In this document: positions 52,963-62,638 of the stretch, in pieces
Layout: each line of letters starts with the position of its first letter
Numbering within the stretch: the first letter of the stretch is position 1
Assembly (NCBI GenBank): GCA_043798935.1
Contig: JAZDOC010000014.1
Span: 3,549-67,548 of the forward strand
From: Patescibacteria group bacterium
Lineage (GTDB): Bacteria > Patescibacteriota > Patescibacteriia > UBA9570 > JAHJKD01
Reading direction: 5' to 3'
Length of the DNA stretch: 64,000 nucleotides
Notes under the pieces: generated by a model
What the model saw: only the letters and a program-made list of their open reading frames with translations
Databases searched by the model: none
What the model was told of the DNA's origin: nothing
Translations under genes and position numbers: made by a program

Positions 52963-53598
52963 TTATTTTTTATTATAAACTGCTAGAATTTTATCTAATG
53001 TTTCTATATCGATTACGAAATATTCATTTTTTAATAAATCCACAACGTTTAAACTATCTGCGGCGCATAAATTGATTTTCATAAAATTATTAGCAGCTTT
53101 TAATACTTTATCGTCTTTTGAAGCTAAACTAATTAAACTTAATTTTTTTGCGCACGGTAATTTGTTAATAATGGCTTTTATGTTTTTTGTTTTGCCTTCT
53201 GGAACTTCTAATTTTTCTAATAATATTAATTTATCGTTAGCGACTTTATCAGATAAAACCATTTTTAAGGCTAAATTTCTAACTTTTTTATTAATCTTTT
53301 TAGAAAAATTACGATTATTTCGTGGACCGAAAATAATACCACCGCCACGCCATAATGGTGAACGACTGGATCCAACTCTGGCCCGACCAGTTCCCTTTTG
53401 GCGCCATGGTTTAGCTCCGCCACCTCTTACTTCGCCTTTAGTTTTAGTGTGAGCTAAAACTTGCCGGCTGTTGGCTTGTTGCGCTACTACCACTTGATGA
53501 ACAACTTCTGCTTTCACTGCCACTTCAAACATTTTAGCATCTAATTCTTGATCGCCGGTAACTTGACCGTCTAAATTGTATATTTTTACTTTAGCCAT
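52963..53598 (-). CDS. rplD: 50S ribosomal protein L4
   Basis: KGTGRARVGSSRSPLWRGGGIIFGP is the L4 signature. Confidence 0.92.
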   Translation of the reverse strand: MAKVKIYNLDGQVTGDQELDAKMFEVAVKAEVVHQVVVAQQANSRQVLAHTKTKGEVRGGGAKPWRQKGTGRARVGSSRSPLWRGGGIIFGPRNNRNFSKKINKKVRNLALKMVLSDKVANDKLILLEKLEVPEGKTKNIKAIINKLPCAKKLSLISLASKDDKVLKAANNFMKINLCAADSLNVVDLLKNEYFVIDIETLDKILAVYNKK

Positions 53599-54196
53599 AA
53601 ATAATTACTAGTCCATTATTTGCGCCTGGTACAGCGCCTTTTAAATATAATAAATTCTTTTCTTTATCTATTTCCGCAATTTTCAAATTAAGCACGGATG
53701 ATTTTTCATTGCCCATATGCCCACCCATTCTTTTTCCTTTAAATACATGGCTCGGAAAAGAACTGGCGCCGATAGAACCGGGCATTCTTAATTGATCTTT
53801 ATGGCCATGACTGGCTGGATGACCATGAAAACCGTGTCGTCTAACTACACCCTGGAAACCTTTACCTTTACTGGTTCCGCTTACTTTAACTTTATCACCT
53901 ACACTAAAAGCGCTAACATCGATAATGTCGCCTCTTTTTAAACCGTGATCATCATCAAGTGGTAATTCTTTAAGAACTTTAAAATCTTCTAACTCTTTTA
54001 GGTGTCCTTTTTGCGCTTTGGTGATTTTTTTAGTTTTACCAAAACCAATTTGGATAGCTGAATAACTATCTTTTTCTTTGGTTTTTACTTGAGTAACTTT
54101 GCATGGGCCGGCTTGTACAATTGTAACTGGAACCACGTCGCCATTTTCAGCGAATTGTTGACTCATTCCAATCTTAGTGCCTAATATAAACTTCAT
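53591..54196 (-). CDS. rplC: 50S ribosomal protein L3
   Basis: MKFILGTKIGMSQQF matches the L3 N-terminus. The ORF-track start 54226 adds 10 non-conserved residues; the start is reassigned to the ATG at 54196. Confidence 0.9.
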   Translation of the reverse strand: MKFILGTKIGMSQQFAENGDVVPVTIVQAGPCKVTQVKTKEKDSYSAIQIGFGKTKKITKAQKGHLKELEDFKVLKELPLDDDHGLKRGDIIDVSAFSVGDKVKVSGTSKGKGFQGVVRRHGFHGHPASHGHKDQLRMPGSIGASSFPSHVFKGKRMGGHMGNEKSSVLNLKIAEIDKEKNLLYLKGAVPGANNGLVIIYG

Positions 54197-54202
54197 AATT
54201 TT

Positions 54203-54263
54203 TAAAATAAAAAAACTGTAACCCACTCAACTCACTAACTTCCATGACTGAAATAGGTCACAG
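54203..54263 (-). terminator. hairpin plus U-run (attenuator/terminator-like) immediately upstream of rplC
   Basis: Minus-strand RNA CUGUGACC-(32 nt)-GGUUACAG (8 bp including one G-U pair), followed by UUUUUUUAUUUUA and then 6 nt to the rplC AUG. Confidence 0.4.
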
Positions 54264-54424
54264 TTCTTTGGTCTTTTTGATTGTTAGTGTCTTTGGTAGA
54301 TTTTAATCCTCGTTGTTAAACATTTCCAGAAAGCGATATCTATTAATATTAGATCTATTCTTTCTCAAAATATCCAACTGTTTTTTCAAATATCTTAGAT
54401 AGCTCGATAGCTACCAGCTTACTC

Positions 54425-54769
54425 CTACATTTTTATTTCTACATCTACACCAGCCGGCAAATTCAAGTGAGATAGCTCATCAACAGTTTTTGGTGTTGGA
54501 TTCAATATATCGATTAATCTTTTATGCACTCGAATTTCGTATTGATCACGAGCATTTTTATGCACAAAAGTCGAACGTAAAACAGTATATCTGTTTTTTT
54601 CGGTCGGCAATGGGATGGGACCCTTTATCTGGGCCCCGCTCCGCACCGCAGTATCGATAATTGTTTTTGTAGATTGGTCAATGATCTTGTGGTCGTAAGC
54701 TCTGATTTTCACTCTGATTCTCTGAGTTACTTCTTCGCCTTCATTGTTGCCGACTTTTTTCTGCGACAT
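54425..54769 (-). CDS. rpsJ: 30S ribosomal protein S10
   Basis: [41 protein letters not shown]. Confidence 0.92.
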   Translation of the reverse strand: MSQKKVGNNEGEEVTQRIRVKIRAYDHKIIDQSTKTIIDTAVRSGAQIKGPIPLPTEKNRYTVLRSTFVHKNARDQYEIRVHKRLIDILNPTPKTVDELSHLNLPAGVDVEIKM

Positions 54770-54779
54770 TTACTTTGAT

Positions 54780-55970
54780 TTATTTAATAATTTTTGTAAC
54801 CGCGCCAGCACCTACAGTGTGACCACCTTCACGAATAGCGAATCTCTGTTGTTCTTCCATAGCAATCGGAGCAATAAGCTTAATTGTCATGTTAACAGTG
54901 TCTCCGGGCATAACCATTTCTGTACCCTCTGGTAAAGCTGTAGTTTCACCAGTTACATCGGTAGTTCGCATATAAAATTGCGGTTTATAACCTTTCATGA
55001 ATGGAGTATGTCGGCCACCTTCTTCTTTGGATAGAATATAAACTTGAGCTTCAAATTCTGTGTGCGGTGTAATTGAGCCGGGTTTAGCTAATACTTGACC
55101 ACGTTCAACATCTTCTTTTTTGATACCGCGAAGTAATAAACCAGCGTTATCGCCAGCTTGGCCCTGATTTAATGATTTATTAAACATTTCTACACCAGTA
55201 ACTACGGTTTTCTTAGTTTCGCCTAAACCAACGATTTCAACTTCTTCATTAATTTTAACTACGCCACGATCAATTTTACCAGTTACTACTGTACCACGAC
55301 CTTCAATGGAGAAAATGTCTTCAATCGGCATTAAGAATGGTTTGTCTAGATCTCGAACTGGTACTGGAATGTATGTGTCTAATGCATTTAGTAATTCTTT
55401 AATTGGTTTTGCAGCTGCTTCATCAGATGGATTTTCAACAGCTTTTAAGGCAGAACCTTTAATTACTGGGATTTCATCACCAGGGTAATCGTATTTCTTT
55501 AATAAATCTCTTACTTCTACTTCAACTAAATCTAATAATTCTGGATCGTCTACTTGATCTACTTTGTTTAAAAATACTACGATTTTTGGTACACCAACTT
55601 GATAGGCCAATAAAATATGCTCTCTGGTTTGAGGCATTGGGCCATCAGCAGCTGATACTACTAAAATTGCACCATCCATTTGAGCGGCGCCGGTAATCAT
55701 GTTTTTAATATAATCTGCATGTCCAGGACAATCTACATGTGCATAATGACGTTTTTCAGTTTCATATTCTACATGAGCGGTATTAATTGTAATACCACGT
55801 TCCTTTTCTTCTGGAGCGTTGTCAATTTGGTCAATACTTTTATTTTGGGCTGTACCACCAGACGCACCAATTACTTGCAAAATTGCTGCGGTTAAGGTTG
55901 TTTTACCATGGTCTACGTGACCAATTGTACCCACGTTTACATGTGGTTTTGAGCGATCAAAGTCTGCCAT
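54780..55970 (-). CDS. tuf: elongation factor Tu
   Basis: [26 protein letters not shown]. Confidence 0.97.
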   Translation of the reverse strand: MADFDRSKPHVNVGTIGHVDHGKTTLTAAILQVIGASGGTAQNKSIDQIDNAPEEKERGITINTAHVEYETEKRHYAHVDCPGHADYIKNMITGAAQMDGAILVVSAADGPMPQTREHILLAYQVGVPKIVVFLNKVDQVDDPELLDLVEVEVRDLLKKYDYPGDEIPVIKGSALKAVENPSDEAAAKPIKELLNALDTYIPVPVRDLDKPFLMPIEDIFSIEGRGTVVTGKIDRGVVKINEEVEIVGLGETKKTVVTGVEMFNKSLNQGQAGDNAGLLLRGIKKEDVERGQVLAKPGSITPHTEFEAQVYILSKEEGGRHTPFMKGYKPQFYMRTTDVTGETTALPEGTEMVMPGDTVNMTIKLIAPIAMEEQQRFAIREGGHTVGAGAVTKIIK

Positions 55971-56133
55971 AATAATTTGTTTAACTAATAGTTAAATTTA
56001 AAGTTTAAAAAATTAAATAATATTGAATAAAAATAAATAAATTAATCGTATTTTTACGCAGATGTGATTATAACATTTGTTAGAATTCTGGCAAGCCTAA
56101 CCATTAAAACTTTCTGTGGATAACTAATTTTAT

Positions 56134-58251
56134 TTATTTTTTTCCTTCTTTTATCTCGGTGGCTACATTACCTGGCACTTCTGCATAGCATGTAAATTCC
56201 ATAGAAGATGACGCGCGACCTTGTGTCATGGAGCGCAAAGAAGTGACATAACCAAACATAGAAGACAACGGCACTTCAGCTCTAACTAATTTACTTTGAC
56301 CACGATCAGTCATTTCTTGAATCTGGCCACGTTTAGCGTTGATATCGCCAATTACGTCTCCCATATATTGTTCCGGAGTTACCACTTCAACCTTCATAAT
56401 TGGTTCTAAAATAATTGGTTTGGCGCGACGAACAGCTTCTTGAAAAGCCATGGAGCCAGCCACTTTAAAAGCCGCTTCTGAAGAGTCTACGTCATGGTAA
56501 GAACCGTCTGTGACAGTAGCTTTAATATTTAATAAAGGATAACCAGCCACGATACCATTGCCCATAGCTTCTTTCACACCCTTTTCAATAGCCGGAATAT
56601 ACTCTCGTGGAATACGACCACCTTTTACTGAATCCACAAACACAAAGTTTGTTTTGCCATCCTCGCCTCTTTCATCTGCTGGAAGCGGTTCAACCGTTAA
56701 GAAACAATGACCATATTGACCACGGCCACCTGATTGCTTAATATATTTACCTTCAGCATTAGCTGTGTCTTTTATGGTTTCTTTATAAGCAACTTGTGGA
56801 TTACCTACGTTGGCTTCAACGCCAAATTCTCGACGCATACGGTCGATTAGAATGTCTAAGTGTAATTCTCCCATGCCAGAAATAATGGTTTGAGATGTCT
56901 CTTCATCAGTTTTAACTCGGAAAGTTGGATCTTCTTCAGCTAACTTACTTAAAGACAAACCCAATTTTTCCTGGTCAGCCTTGGTTTTTGGTTCTATGGC
57001 AATTGAAATAACAGGCTCAGGGAAAACAATTCTTTCAAGTAAAATCGGGTTGCTTTCATCGCATAAAGAGTCTCCGGTAGTGGTTTCTTTTAAACCCACT
57101 ATGGCACCAATGTCGCCGGCTGGAATTTCAGTAATATCTTCTCGAGAATTAGCGTGCATGTGTAATAATCTGGATATTCTTTCTTTTTTTCCGGTTGTAA
57201 CATTATATACATAAGATCCGGATTTTAATACACCAGAATAAACTCGAACAAAGCATAATTTCCCTACAAAAGGATCGGTAGCAATTTTAAATGCTAAACC
57301 TGCTAAAGGCTCATCGTTAGCAGCGTGTCTTTGGATATGAACAGTTTCATCATCGGGATCTTTGCCTTCAATGGCAGGCAAATCTAAAGGTGTGGGCAAA
57401 TAATTGCAAATAGCGTCTAATAATTTTTGCACGCCTTTATTTTTTAAAGCGCTACCACATAAAATTGGTACAATTTTATTGGCAATTACAGCTTTTCGTA
57501 ATACGCGCATTAAATCTGGAATTGCAATTTCTTCACCATTTAAATATTTTTCCATTAGAGCTTCATCATTTTCAACGATGGCTTCGACCAGCTTTGCTCG
57601 ATACTCTTTTACTTTTTCGACCATATCAGCCGGCACGTCTGTTTCTTCAACGTCTTGACCTAAATCATCCTTATAAAAATAAGCTTTTTGAGTAAATAAA
57701 TCTATAAGTCCTTTAAAATTTTCGGCCGCACCGATAGGTAGTTGAATCGGGTGAGCATTTTTAGTTAGACGTTCATGGATAGTGCCTAAATCAAAGTAGA
57801 AATCTGCTCCCATGCGATCCATTTTATTAATAAATCCCATACGCGGAACTTTATACTTTTCAGCTTGATGCCAAACTGTTTCTGATTGAGGTTCAACGCC
57901 AGCCACACCATCAAACACGATAACACCACCGTCTAATACGCGTAGTGAACGTTCTACTTCAGCTGTAAAATCTACATGACCGGGAGTATCGATAATATTT
58001 ATACGAATTTCTTCGCCACCTTTTGGAGTCCAAAAACAAGTGGTAGCGGCTGAAGTAATTGTAATACCACGCTCTCGTTCTTGTTCCATCCAATCCATTT
58101 CGGCCGCACCTTCATGCACTTCACCGATTTTGTGTTTCTTACCCGTATAAAAAAGTATTCTTTCTGAAACAGTTGTTTTACCCGCATCAATATGGGCAAT
58201 AATACCAATATTGCGGACTTTTTCTAAAATAAATGGTTTGCTATCTGCCAT
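56134..58251 (-). CDS. fusA: elongation factor G
   Basis: [27 protein letters not shown], and five-domain length (705 aa). Confidence 0.97.
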   Translation of the reverse strand: MADSKPFILEKVRNIGIIAHIDAGKTTVSERILFYTGKKHKIGEVHEGAAEMDWMEQERERGITITSAATTCFWTPKGGEEIRINIIDTPGHVDFTAEVERSLRVLDGGVIVFDGVAGVEPQSETVWHQAEKYKVPRMGFINKMDRMGADFYFDLGTIHERLTKNAHPIQLPIGAAENFKGLIDLFTQKAYFYKDDLGQDVEETDVPADMVEKVKEYRAKLVEAIVENDEALMEKYLNGEEIAIPDLMRVLRKAVIANKIVPILCGSALKNKGVQKLLDAICNYLPTPLDLPAIEGKDPDDETVHIQRHAANDEPLAGLAFKIATDPFVGKLCFVRVYSGVLKSGSYVYNVTTGKKERISRLLHMHANSREDITEIPAGDIGAIVGLKETTTGDSLCDESNPILLERIVFPEPVISIAIEPKTKADQEKLGLSLSKLAEEDPTFRVKTDEETSQTIISGMGELHLDILIDRMRREFGVEANVGNPQVAYKETIKDTANAEGKYIKQSGGRGQYGHCFLTVEPLPADERGEDGKTNFVFVDSVKGGRIPREYIPAIEKGVKEAMGNGIVAGYPLLNIKATVTDGSYHDVDSSEAAFKVAGSMAFQEAVRRAKPIILEPIMKVEVVTPEQYMGDVIGDINAKRGQIQEMTDRGQSKLVRAEVPLSSMFGYVTSLRSMTQGRASSSMEFTCYAEVPGNVATEIKEGKK

Positions 58252-58284
58252 AATATATTAATGAAAATTTATAATAATTAAAAT

Positions 58285-58749
58285 TTAAGCAAAATGAGCG
58301 AAAGCTCGATTTGACTCGGCCATTCTGTGAACATCTTCTCGTTTTTTTACGGCATCACCCTGTTCATTGGAAGCATCAATTAGCTCTAAAGCTAATTTTT
58401 CGCACATTCTCATGCCTTTTCGTTTTTTAGCCGCTTCTAGTAGCCATCTACTAGCTAAATTAAACTTTCTGTTTCCTTTAACTTCAATCGGCACTTGGTA
58501 ATTAGCACCACCAATTCGGCGGGCTTTAACTTCCACCTGTGGAGACACATTTTTAATAGCTAAATTAAAAATATCAAGGCCTTTTTGCTTGGTTTTTTCT
58601 TCAATAATATCAAAGGAATCATAAACGATATCGCGCGCCACGCTTTTTTTACCGCGTTGCATAATATAGTTTATAAACTTAGCTAGAGTTGTATTGTTAA
58701 ATTTTGGATCCGGAGCGATCTCTCTTTTAGGAGCTTGTTTTCCACGCAT
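58285..58749 (-). CDS. rpsG: 30S ribosomal protein S7
   Basis: MRGKQAPKREIAPDPKFNNTTLAKFINYIMQRGKKSVA. Confidence 0.92.
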   Translation of the reverse strand: MRGKQAPKREIAPDPKFNNTTLAKFINYIMQRGKKSVARDIVYDSFDIIEEKTKQKGLDIFNLAIKNVSPQVEVKARRIGGANYQVPIEVKGNRKFNLASRWLLEAAKKRKGMRMCEKLALELIDASNEQGDAVKKREDVHRMAESNRAFAHFA

Positions 58750-58780
58750 ATATTTATATTTACTTGGTAATAATAATTAA

Positions 58781-59209
58781 TTATTCAGCTTTTACTTTTG
58801 GTCTTTTAGCACCATATAGAGAACGACCCTGCATTCTTTTCTCTACACCCGCAGTATCATAAACTCCGCGTACGATATGATAACGTACACCCGGCAAATC
58901 TTTTACTCTGCCACCGCGTAGCATTACAATGGAATGTTCTTGTAAATTGTGCCCCATGCCCGGAATATAAGCAGTTACTTCCATGCCGTTTGATAAACGG
59001 ACCCTGGCGATTTTACGTAAAGCCGAGTTAGGTTTTTTTGGAGTGGTTGTGGTTACTTTAACGCAAACACCACGTTTAAAAGAACAGCCTTTTTTTAAGG
59101 TTTTTCTTTTTCTCTTTAATGAATTAAAAACAGTCTCCAAAGCTGGAGTTTTACTTTTTCTGACGGCAGTTTTTCTGCCCTTTCGAATTAATTGTGCAAT
59201 TGTTGGCAT
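58781..59209 (-). CDS. rpsL: 30S ribosomal protein S12 with ~16-19-aa basic insertion near the N-terminus
   Basis: [12 protein letters not shown]...[28 protein letters not shown]...[30 protein letters not shown]. The extra [19 protein letters not shown] lies between PALE and KRGVC. Confidence 0.92.
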   Translation of the reverse strand: MPTIAQLIRKGRKTAVRKSKTPALETVFNSLKRKRKTLKKGCSFKRGVCVKVTTTTPKKPNSALRKIARVRLSNGMEVTAYIPGMGHNLQEHSIVMLRGGRVKDLPGVRYHIVRGVYDTAGVEKRMQGRSLYGAKRPKVKAE

Positions 59210-59255
59210 AATTTAGTATGAACAACTTTTATGTTGTTCGTATTATTATTAAATA

Positions 59256-59294
59256 AATAAAAAAGACATTGTGCGATAAGCTTTGTCTTTTTTC
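59256..59294 (-). terminator. hairpin plus T-run between the upstream hypothetical gene and rpsL
   Basis: Plus-strand sequence aaaaaAGACAttgtgcgataagctTTGTCTTTttt; on the minus strand the hairpin is followed by a U6 run. Confidence 0.5.
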
Positions 59295-59362
59295 TACTAA
59301 CAGTACATTGCCATGGCCGTTAGCGGAACCGATTTATACAATACTTTATTCAAAATTTATTG

Positions 59363-59905
59363 TCAAGATGCACAACCGGCTTTCATTTCATTGATTAATT
59401 CAGTGTTACTGTTGTAATCTAAATGCGCTGGCCCGCTATATCCAACAATGCCTTTACTTATACCATAATAATCATTATCAGCACTCCACATGTCGGCACA
59501 AGTATTAATTTGCATATCAAAGTTATCGAATATATAAACGATTAATTCATCTGTCATTCCCACAATTATCATTCCCTCTTCGCCTTCCGGGGCGTATCTC
59601 TCATGTTCTAGGCCGGCTAAGTCCCGAACCATTAATTTATTATCACGAGTATAATAAATTAATCCATCTTCATCTTTCACTGCATAAGGGCCTGTACCCA
59701 TGGTCCACTGGTCAAAAACTTGATCAATCGACACCGAAGGGCTAACAGTTAAACTGTAATTAGCTGTATTATCGTGATCATTATAAATCGTGTTTGGCGA
59801 TGCCTTAAAATAGTAGATTGCAATTATAATTATTGCTATAAGCAAAATAATTATTATGATAATAATAAATCTTTGAATATTAATTTTATTGTTTAAACTC
59901 ATCAA
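59363..59905 (-). CDS. hypothetical N-terminally membrane-anchored extracytoplasmic protein
   Basis: TM segment FIIIIIIILLIAIIIIAIYYF. The remainder is hydrophilic with no recognised domain. Confidence 0.5.
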   Translation of the reverse strand: MMSLNNKINIQRFIIIIIIILLIAIIIIAIYYFKASPNTIYNDHDNTANYSLTVSPSVSIDQVFDQWTMGTGPYAVKDEDGLIYYTRDNKLMVRDLAGLEHERYAPEGEEGMIIVGMTDELIVYIFDNFDMQINTCADMWSADNDYYGISKGIVGYSGPAHLDYNSNTELINEMKAGCAS

Positions 59906-59916
59906 ATATTATTAAT

Positions 59917-60543
59917 TTATAAAATTACCAATAAAACCAAATTATAGAAAAAATTAAAAACAAACTCAAATATACTGCTGCCAAAAATCATGAAGGCTAG
60001 AAGTATCCAAATACCATAAGTCTCTAAAAAAATAATAATATATCGCTGCTGATAAGACAAAAAAGAATACAAAACTTTGGAACCATCGAGCGGTGGGATC
60101 GGAATTAAGTTAAATATCATTAATATTAAATTAATCTGAATTAATGATAATAAAAATACAATCAATAAATTATCACCTGATAGATGCCCAAACATAATAA
60201 TTAATTTCAAAGCCAAGCCCACGGCTATAACCATAAGCAAATTAGAAAAAGGTCCGGCCAAAGAAACAATAGCCGGCCCAAAGCGCTTATGCTTTAAATT
60301 ATACTGATTAAACGGCACGGGTTTACCCCAGCCAAAACCAATAATCATAAGTAGCATTAAACCCATCCAGTCGATATGCGCTAGCGGATTAAAAGTAAGC
60401 CGGCCCATGGCTTGAGCCGTATCGTCCCCTTCCAGATAACTGGCATAAGCATGTGCAAATTCATGAAGTGAAATAGATATCACAATACAGATCACCCAAA
60501 TGAGAAATATTTCTGGTTTAGAAAAAAGTAAGCTGATTAACAT
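59917..60543 (-). CDS. site-2 protease family (peptidase M50) zinc metalloprotease
   Basis: An HEFAHAY HExxH motif inside a TM helix and the downstream NLIPIPPLDGSKVL (LDG) motif. Polytopic membrane protein. Confidence 0.8.
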   Translation of the reverse strand: MLISLLFSKPEIFLIWVICIVISISLHEFAHAYASYLEGDDTAQAMGRLTFNPLAHIDWMGLMLLMIIGFGWGKPVPFNQYNLKHKRFGPAIVSLAGPFSNLLMVIAVGLALKLIIMFGHLSGDNLLIVFLLSLIQINLILMIFNLIPIPPLDGSKVLYSFLSYQQRYIIIFLETYGIWILLAFMIFGSSIFEFVFNFFYNLVLLVIL

Positions 60544-60608
60544 TGACTTTTAAAAAATTGTTTGATAATATAGTTCAGTCCTTCTAATTATTTAATATTT
60601 TCACTAAA

Positions 60609-60800
60609 ATGTCAAAGATTAAACCAGCTAATACTTGTGCTATCTGTGGTCGCGGATACAATAAAGCCAACATTCGCTCTCATTCAAAAATCGCTACTAT
60701 CAAAAAGCAGAAGTTAAATTTACAGCCCACCATGTATAAAGGGGTAAAAGTAAAAGCTTGCACCAAATGCATTAAAACTCAAATCAAGCATCAGGCTTAA
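60609..60800 (+). CDS. rpmB: 50S ribosomal protein L28 (Zn-binding form)
   Basis: CAICGRGYNKANIRSHSKIATIKKQKLNLQ matches the L28 pattern (xNxSHSxxxTKRxxxxNLQ), with CxxC...CxxC. Confidence 0.8.
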   Translation: MSKIKPANTCAICGRGYNKANIRSHSKIATIKKQKLNLQPTMYKGVKVKACTKCIKTQIKHQA

Positions 60801-60816
60801 ACATTGTTTTTATATA

Positions 60817-60852
60817 TAGCCCACGCCCATCAAAGGCGGGGCTATTTTTTTA
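60817..60852 (+). terminator. GC-rich terminator hairpin (copy 3 of the conserved motif) after rpmB
   Basis: GCCCACGCCCatcaaaGGCGGGGCtattttttt. Confidence 0.7.
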
Positions 60853-60910
60853 TATAAAACTCCAAACTCATAGTCTACGATTTTTTTTAATTATATAGTA
60901 TAATTAGTTC

Positions 60911-61918
60911 ATGAAGCTAGAACCCATTTATAAATCTCCAGCAATTAGTCTTTATCGATTAGCCAACAAAAATAACATTGCCTGCTATTTAGCCTCCACT
61001 CCGGAAACCAGAAAAATTTGCAACGACCCTTTTATTTACGGTGTAAATTATACAGAGAAATTAAAAAAAGCCGTAACCAAAACTTTACGCGCTCTTAAAA
61101 ATAAACATTGTTGTTTATTAAGCTCCGAAGAAAACGCTGTCATCTTCAATATTTTACGCGGTGGGCTTAATTATGGTTTACGCGAAGCATTATATAGGGC
61201 TTTTGGTTGGAGTAGACAACATAGCGCTTTCATTTCTTCCCAGCGCATTAAAGACAAAAAACATGGTTGGCATATTACGGAAAATCGTTATCAAAAAATT
61301 TATATGCCCGATGACGCCCATATTGTTTTAGGCGATGTTGTAGCCACCGGCACCAGCTTAGAACACGCTTTATTAAAATTAGTGGATATTGCCCGGGCTA
61401 AAAATAAAACCATTGCCAGCTTAACTTTTTTTACTATCGGTAGTGAATATGCGGAAAAAATTATCGCTAAGGTCGACAAAAAATGCCGACGCTACTTTCC
61501 TAATTATTTAGGTAGTTCGGTAATTTATTTCGAGGGCCGTTTCGGCATGGTGGAAGAAAAAAAAATCTTTCCCCGACCGCTGCAAATATTTTTTTCGGGT
61601 ACAGACTTACTCCGCTCCCCAGCCATCTTAACGCCAGAATTTATTCACTCACAAAAAGAATCTATTTCCTATGCTCTCGAGCGCTGTGTAATTTACGATG
61701 CCGGCTCACGCGCTTTTCATATTAAAGGTTATTTAAAAGATGTTCATAGCTATTGGCAACAAGTGGCTCAACTGGCTAAAGCTGGCCAAAAATTAGACGC
61801 ATATTTGGCGGAACGCTTTCCAGAAGACATTCGCTTAACAAATAAAAAATGGCGATTAAAATTCAGCTCGCCAAAACAATTATTACTTATTGCTAAAAAA
61901 CAACTACGTAAAAAATAA
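60911..61918 (+). CDS. phosphoribosyltransferase-fold protein, UPRT-like core with ~130-aa C-terminal extension
   Basis: NILRGGLNYGLREAL resembles the UPRT VPILRAGLGM block. HIVLGDVVATGTSLEHALLKL resembles the PRTase PRPP-binding loop (IVDPMLATGGS). 335 aa versus about 210 for canonical Upp. Confidence 0.6.
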   Translation: MKLEPIYKSPAISLYRLANKNNIACYLASTPETRKICNDPFIYGVNYTEKLKKAVTKTLRALKNKHCCLLSSEENAVIFNILRGGLNYGLREALYRAFGWSRQHSAFISSQRIKDKKHGWHITENRYQKIYMPDDAHIVLGDVVATGTSLEHALLKLVDIARAKNKTIASLTFFTIGSEYAEKIIAKVDKKCRRYFPNYLGSSVIYFEGRFGMVEEKKIFPRPLQIFFSGTDLLRSPAILTPEFIHSQKESISYALERCVIYDAGSRAFHIKGYLKDVHSYWQQVAQLAKAGQKLDAYLAERFPEDIRLTNKKWRLKFSSPKQLLLIAKKQLRKK

Positions 61919-61920
61919 AT

Positions 61921-62301
61921 TTATTTATTGGAAATAATAAAACTTACATTGCTGGCCGTTTTATTTTTTATTTCTATTTTATAATTAATTTCGTCAGTTG
62001 TGTCGTATGATTTATCGGCTACAAAATAAACAGTGTGTATTTTATTTCTTATTTTCACTTCGCTATCTTCATTGTCATCAACTTCTAAAAAATAGTAAAA
62101 ACTCAAATCTTGATTTCTAAGATGGCCTATCTGCATGGGTTCTAAAGTAAATTCTTTATTCAAGTTAATTATTTTCCCCGGAATGGCATGTAATTTTGTA
62201 TAAACTAAAAAAGGGCTGGTACCGTTAAAATATACTAAAATACCTGTACCTATTATACAGATTAACAAAACCCCGTAAACTGTTAACTTTATTTTGTTCA
62301 T
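61921..62301 (-). CDS. hypothetical membrane-anchored protein
   Basis: N-terminal TM LTVYGVLLICIIGTGILVYF; the remainder is beta-rich with no known domain. Confidence 0.5.
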   Translation of the reverse strand: MNKIKLTVYGVLLICIIGTGILVYFNGTSPFLVYTKLHAIPGKIINLNKEFTLEPMQIGHLRNQDLSFYYFLEVDDNEDSEVKIRNKIHTVYFVADKSYDTTDEINYKIEIKNKTASNVSFIISNK

Positions 62302-62322
62302 ATTGTCTTTTCACATTTTAAT

Positions 62323-62354
62323 TTAAAAAACCTCTTTTGCCAAGAGGTCTTTTA
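62323..62354. terminator. bidirectional terminator (7-bp stem ACCTCTT/AAGAGGT)
   Basis: aaaaaACCTCTTttgccAAGAGGTctttt. Confidence 0.65.
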
Positions 62355-62424
62355 AATAATCGTTAGCAACAACCGCCGCCACAGCCTGGTCCAAACATAT
62401 TTATTTTATATTAATTATTAATTT

Positions 62425-62610
62425 TTATTTACGAACTTTCCAGATATGCCCGCACTTTAAACATTTACACTTTCTGGCTATAAAAGGCAAGGCAAAAATA
62501 AATAAACCAGCCGATAAGAAAAACATGACAATAAAAAACCAACTTACCCGACTTTTGACTTTTATTTCTTTTCCGCCACAATGTGCGCAGTGATCGCTTA
62601 ATATTTTCAT
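62425..62610 (-). CDS. small Zn-ribbon/TM miniprotein (61 aa)
   Basis: CAHCGG...(TM helix WFFIVMFFLSAGLFIFALPFI)...CKCLKCGH: two CxxC pairs bracket one TM helix. Confidence 0.5.
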   Translation of the reverse strand: MKILSDHCAHCGGKEIKVKSRVSWFFIVMFFLSAGLFIFALPFIARKCKCLKCGHIWKVRK

Positions 62611-62638
62611 GTATTTTATTATAGCGCAATTTAATAAA

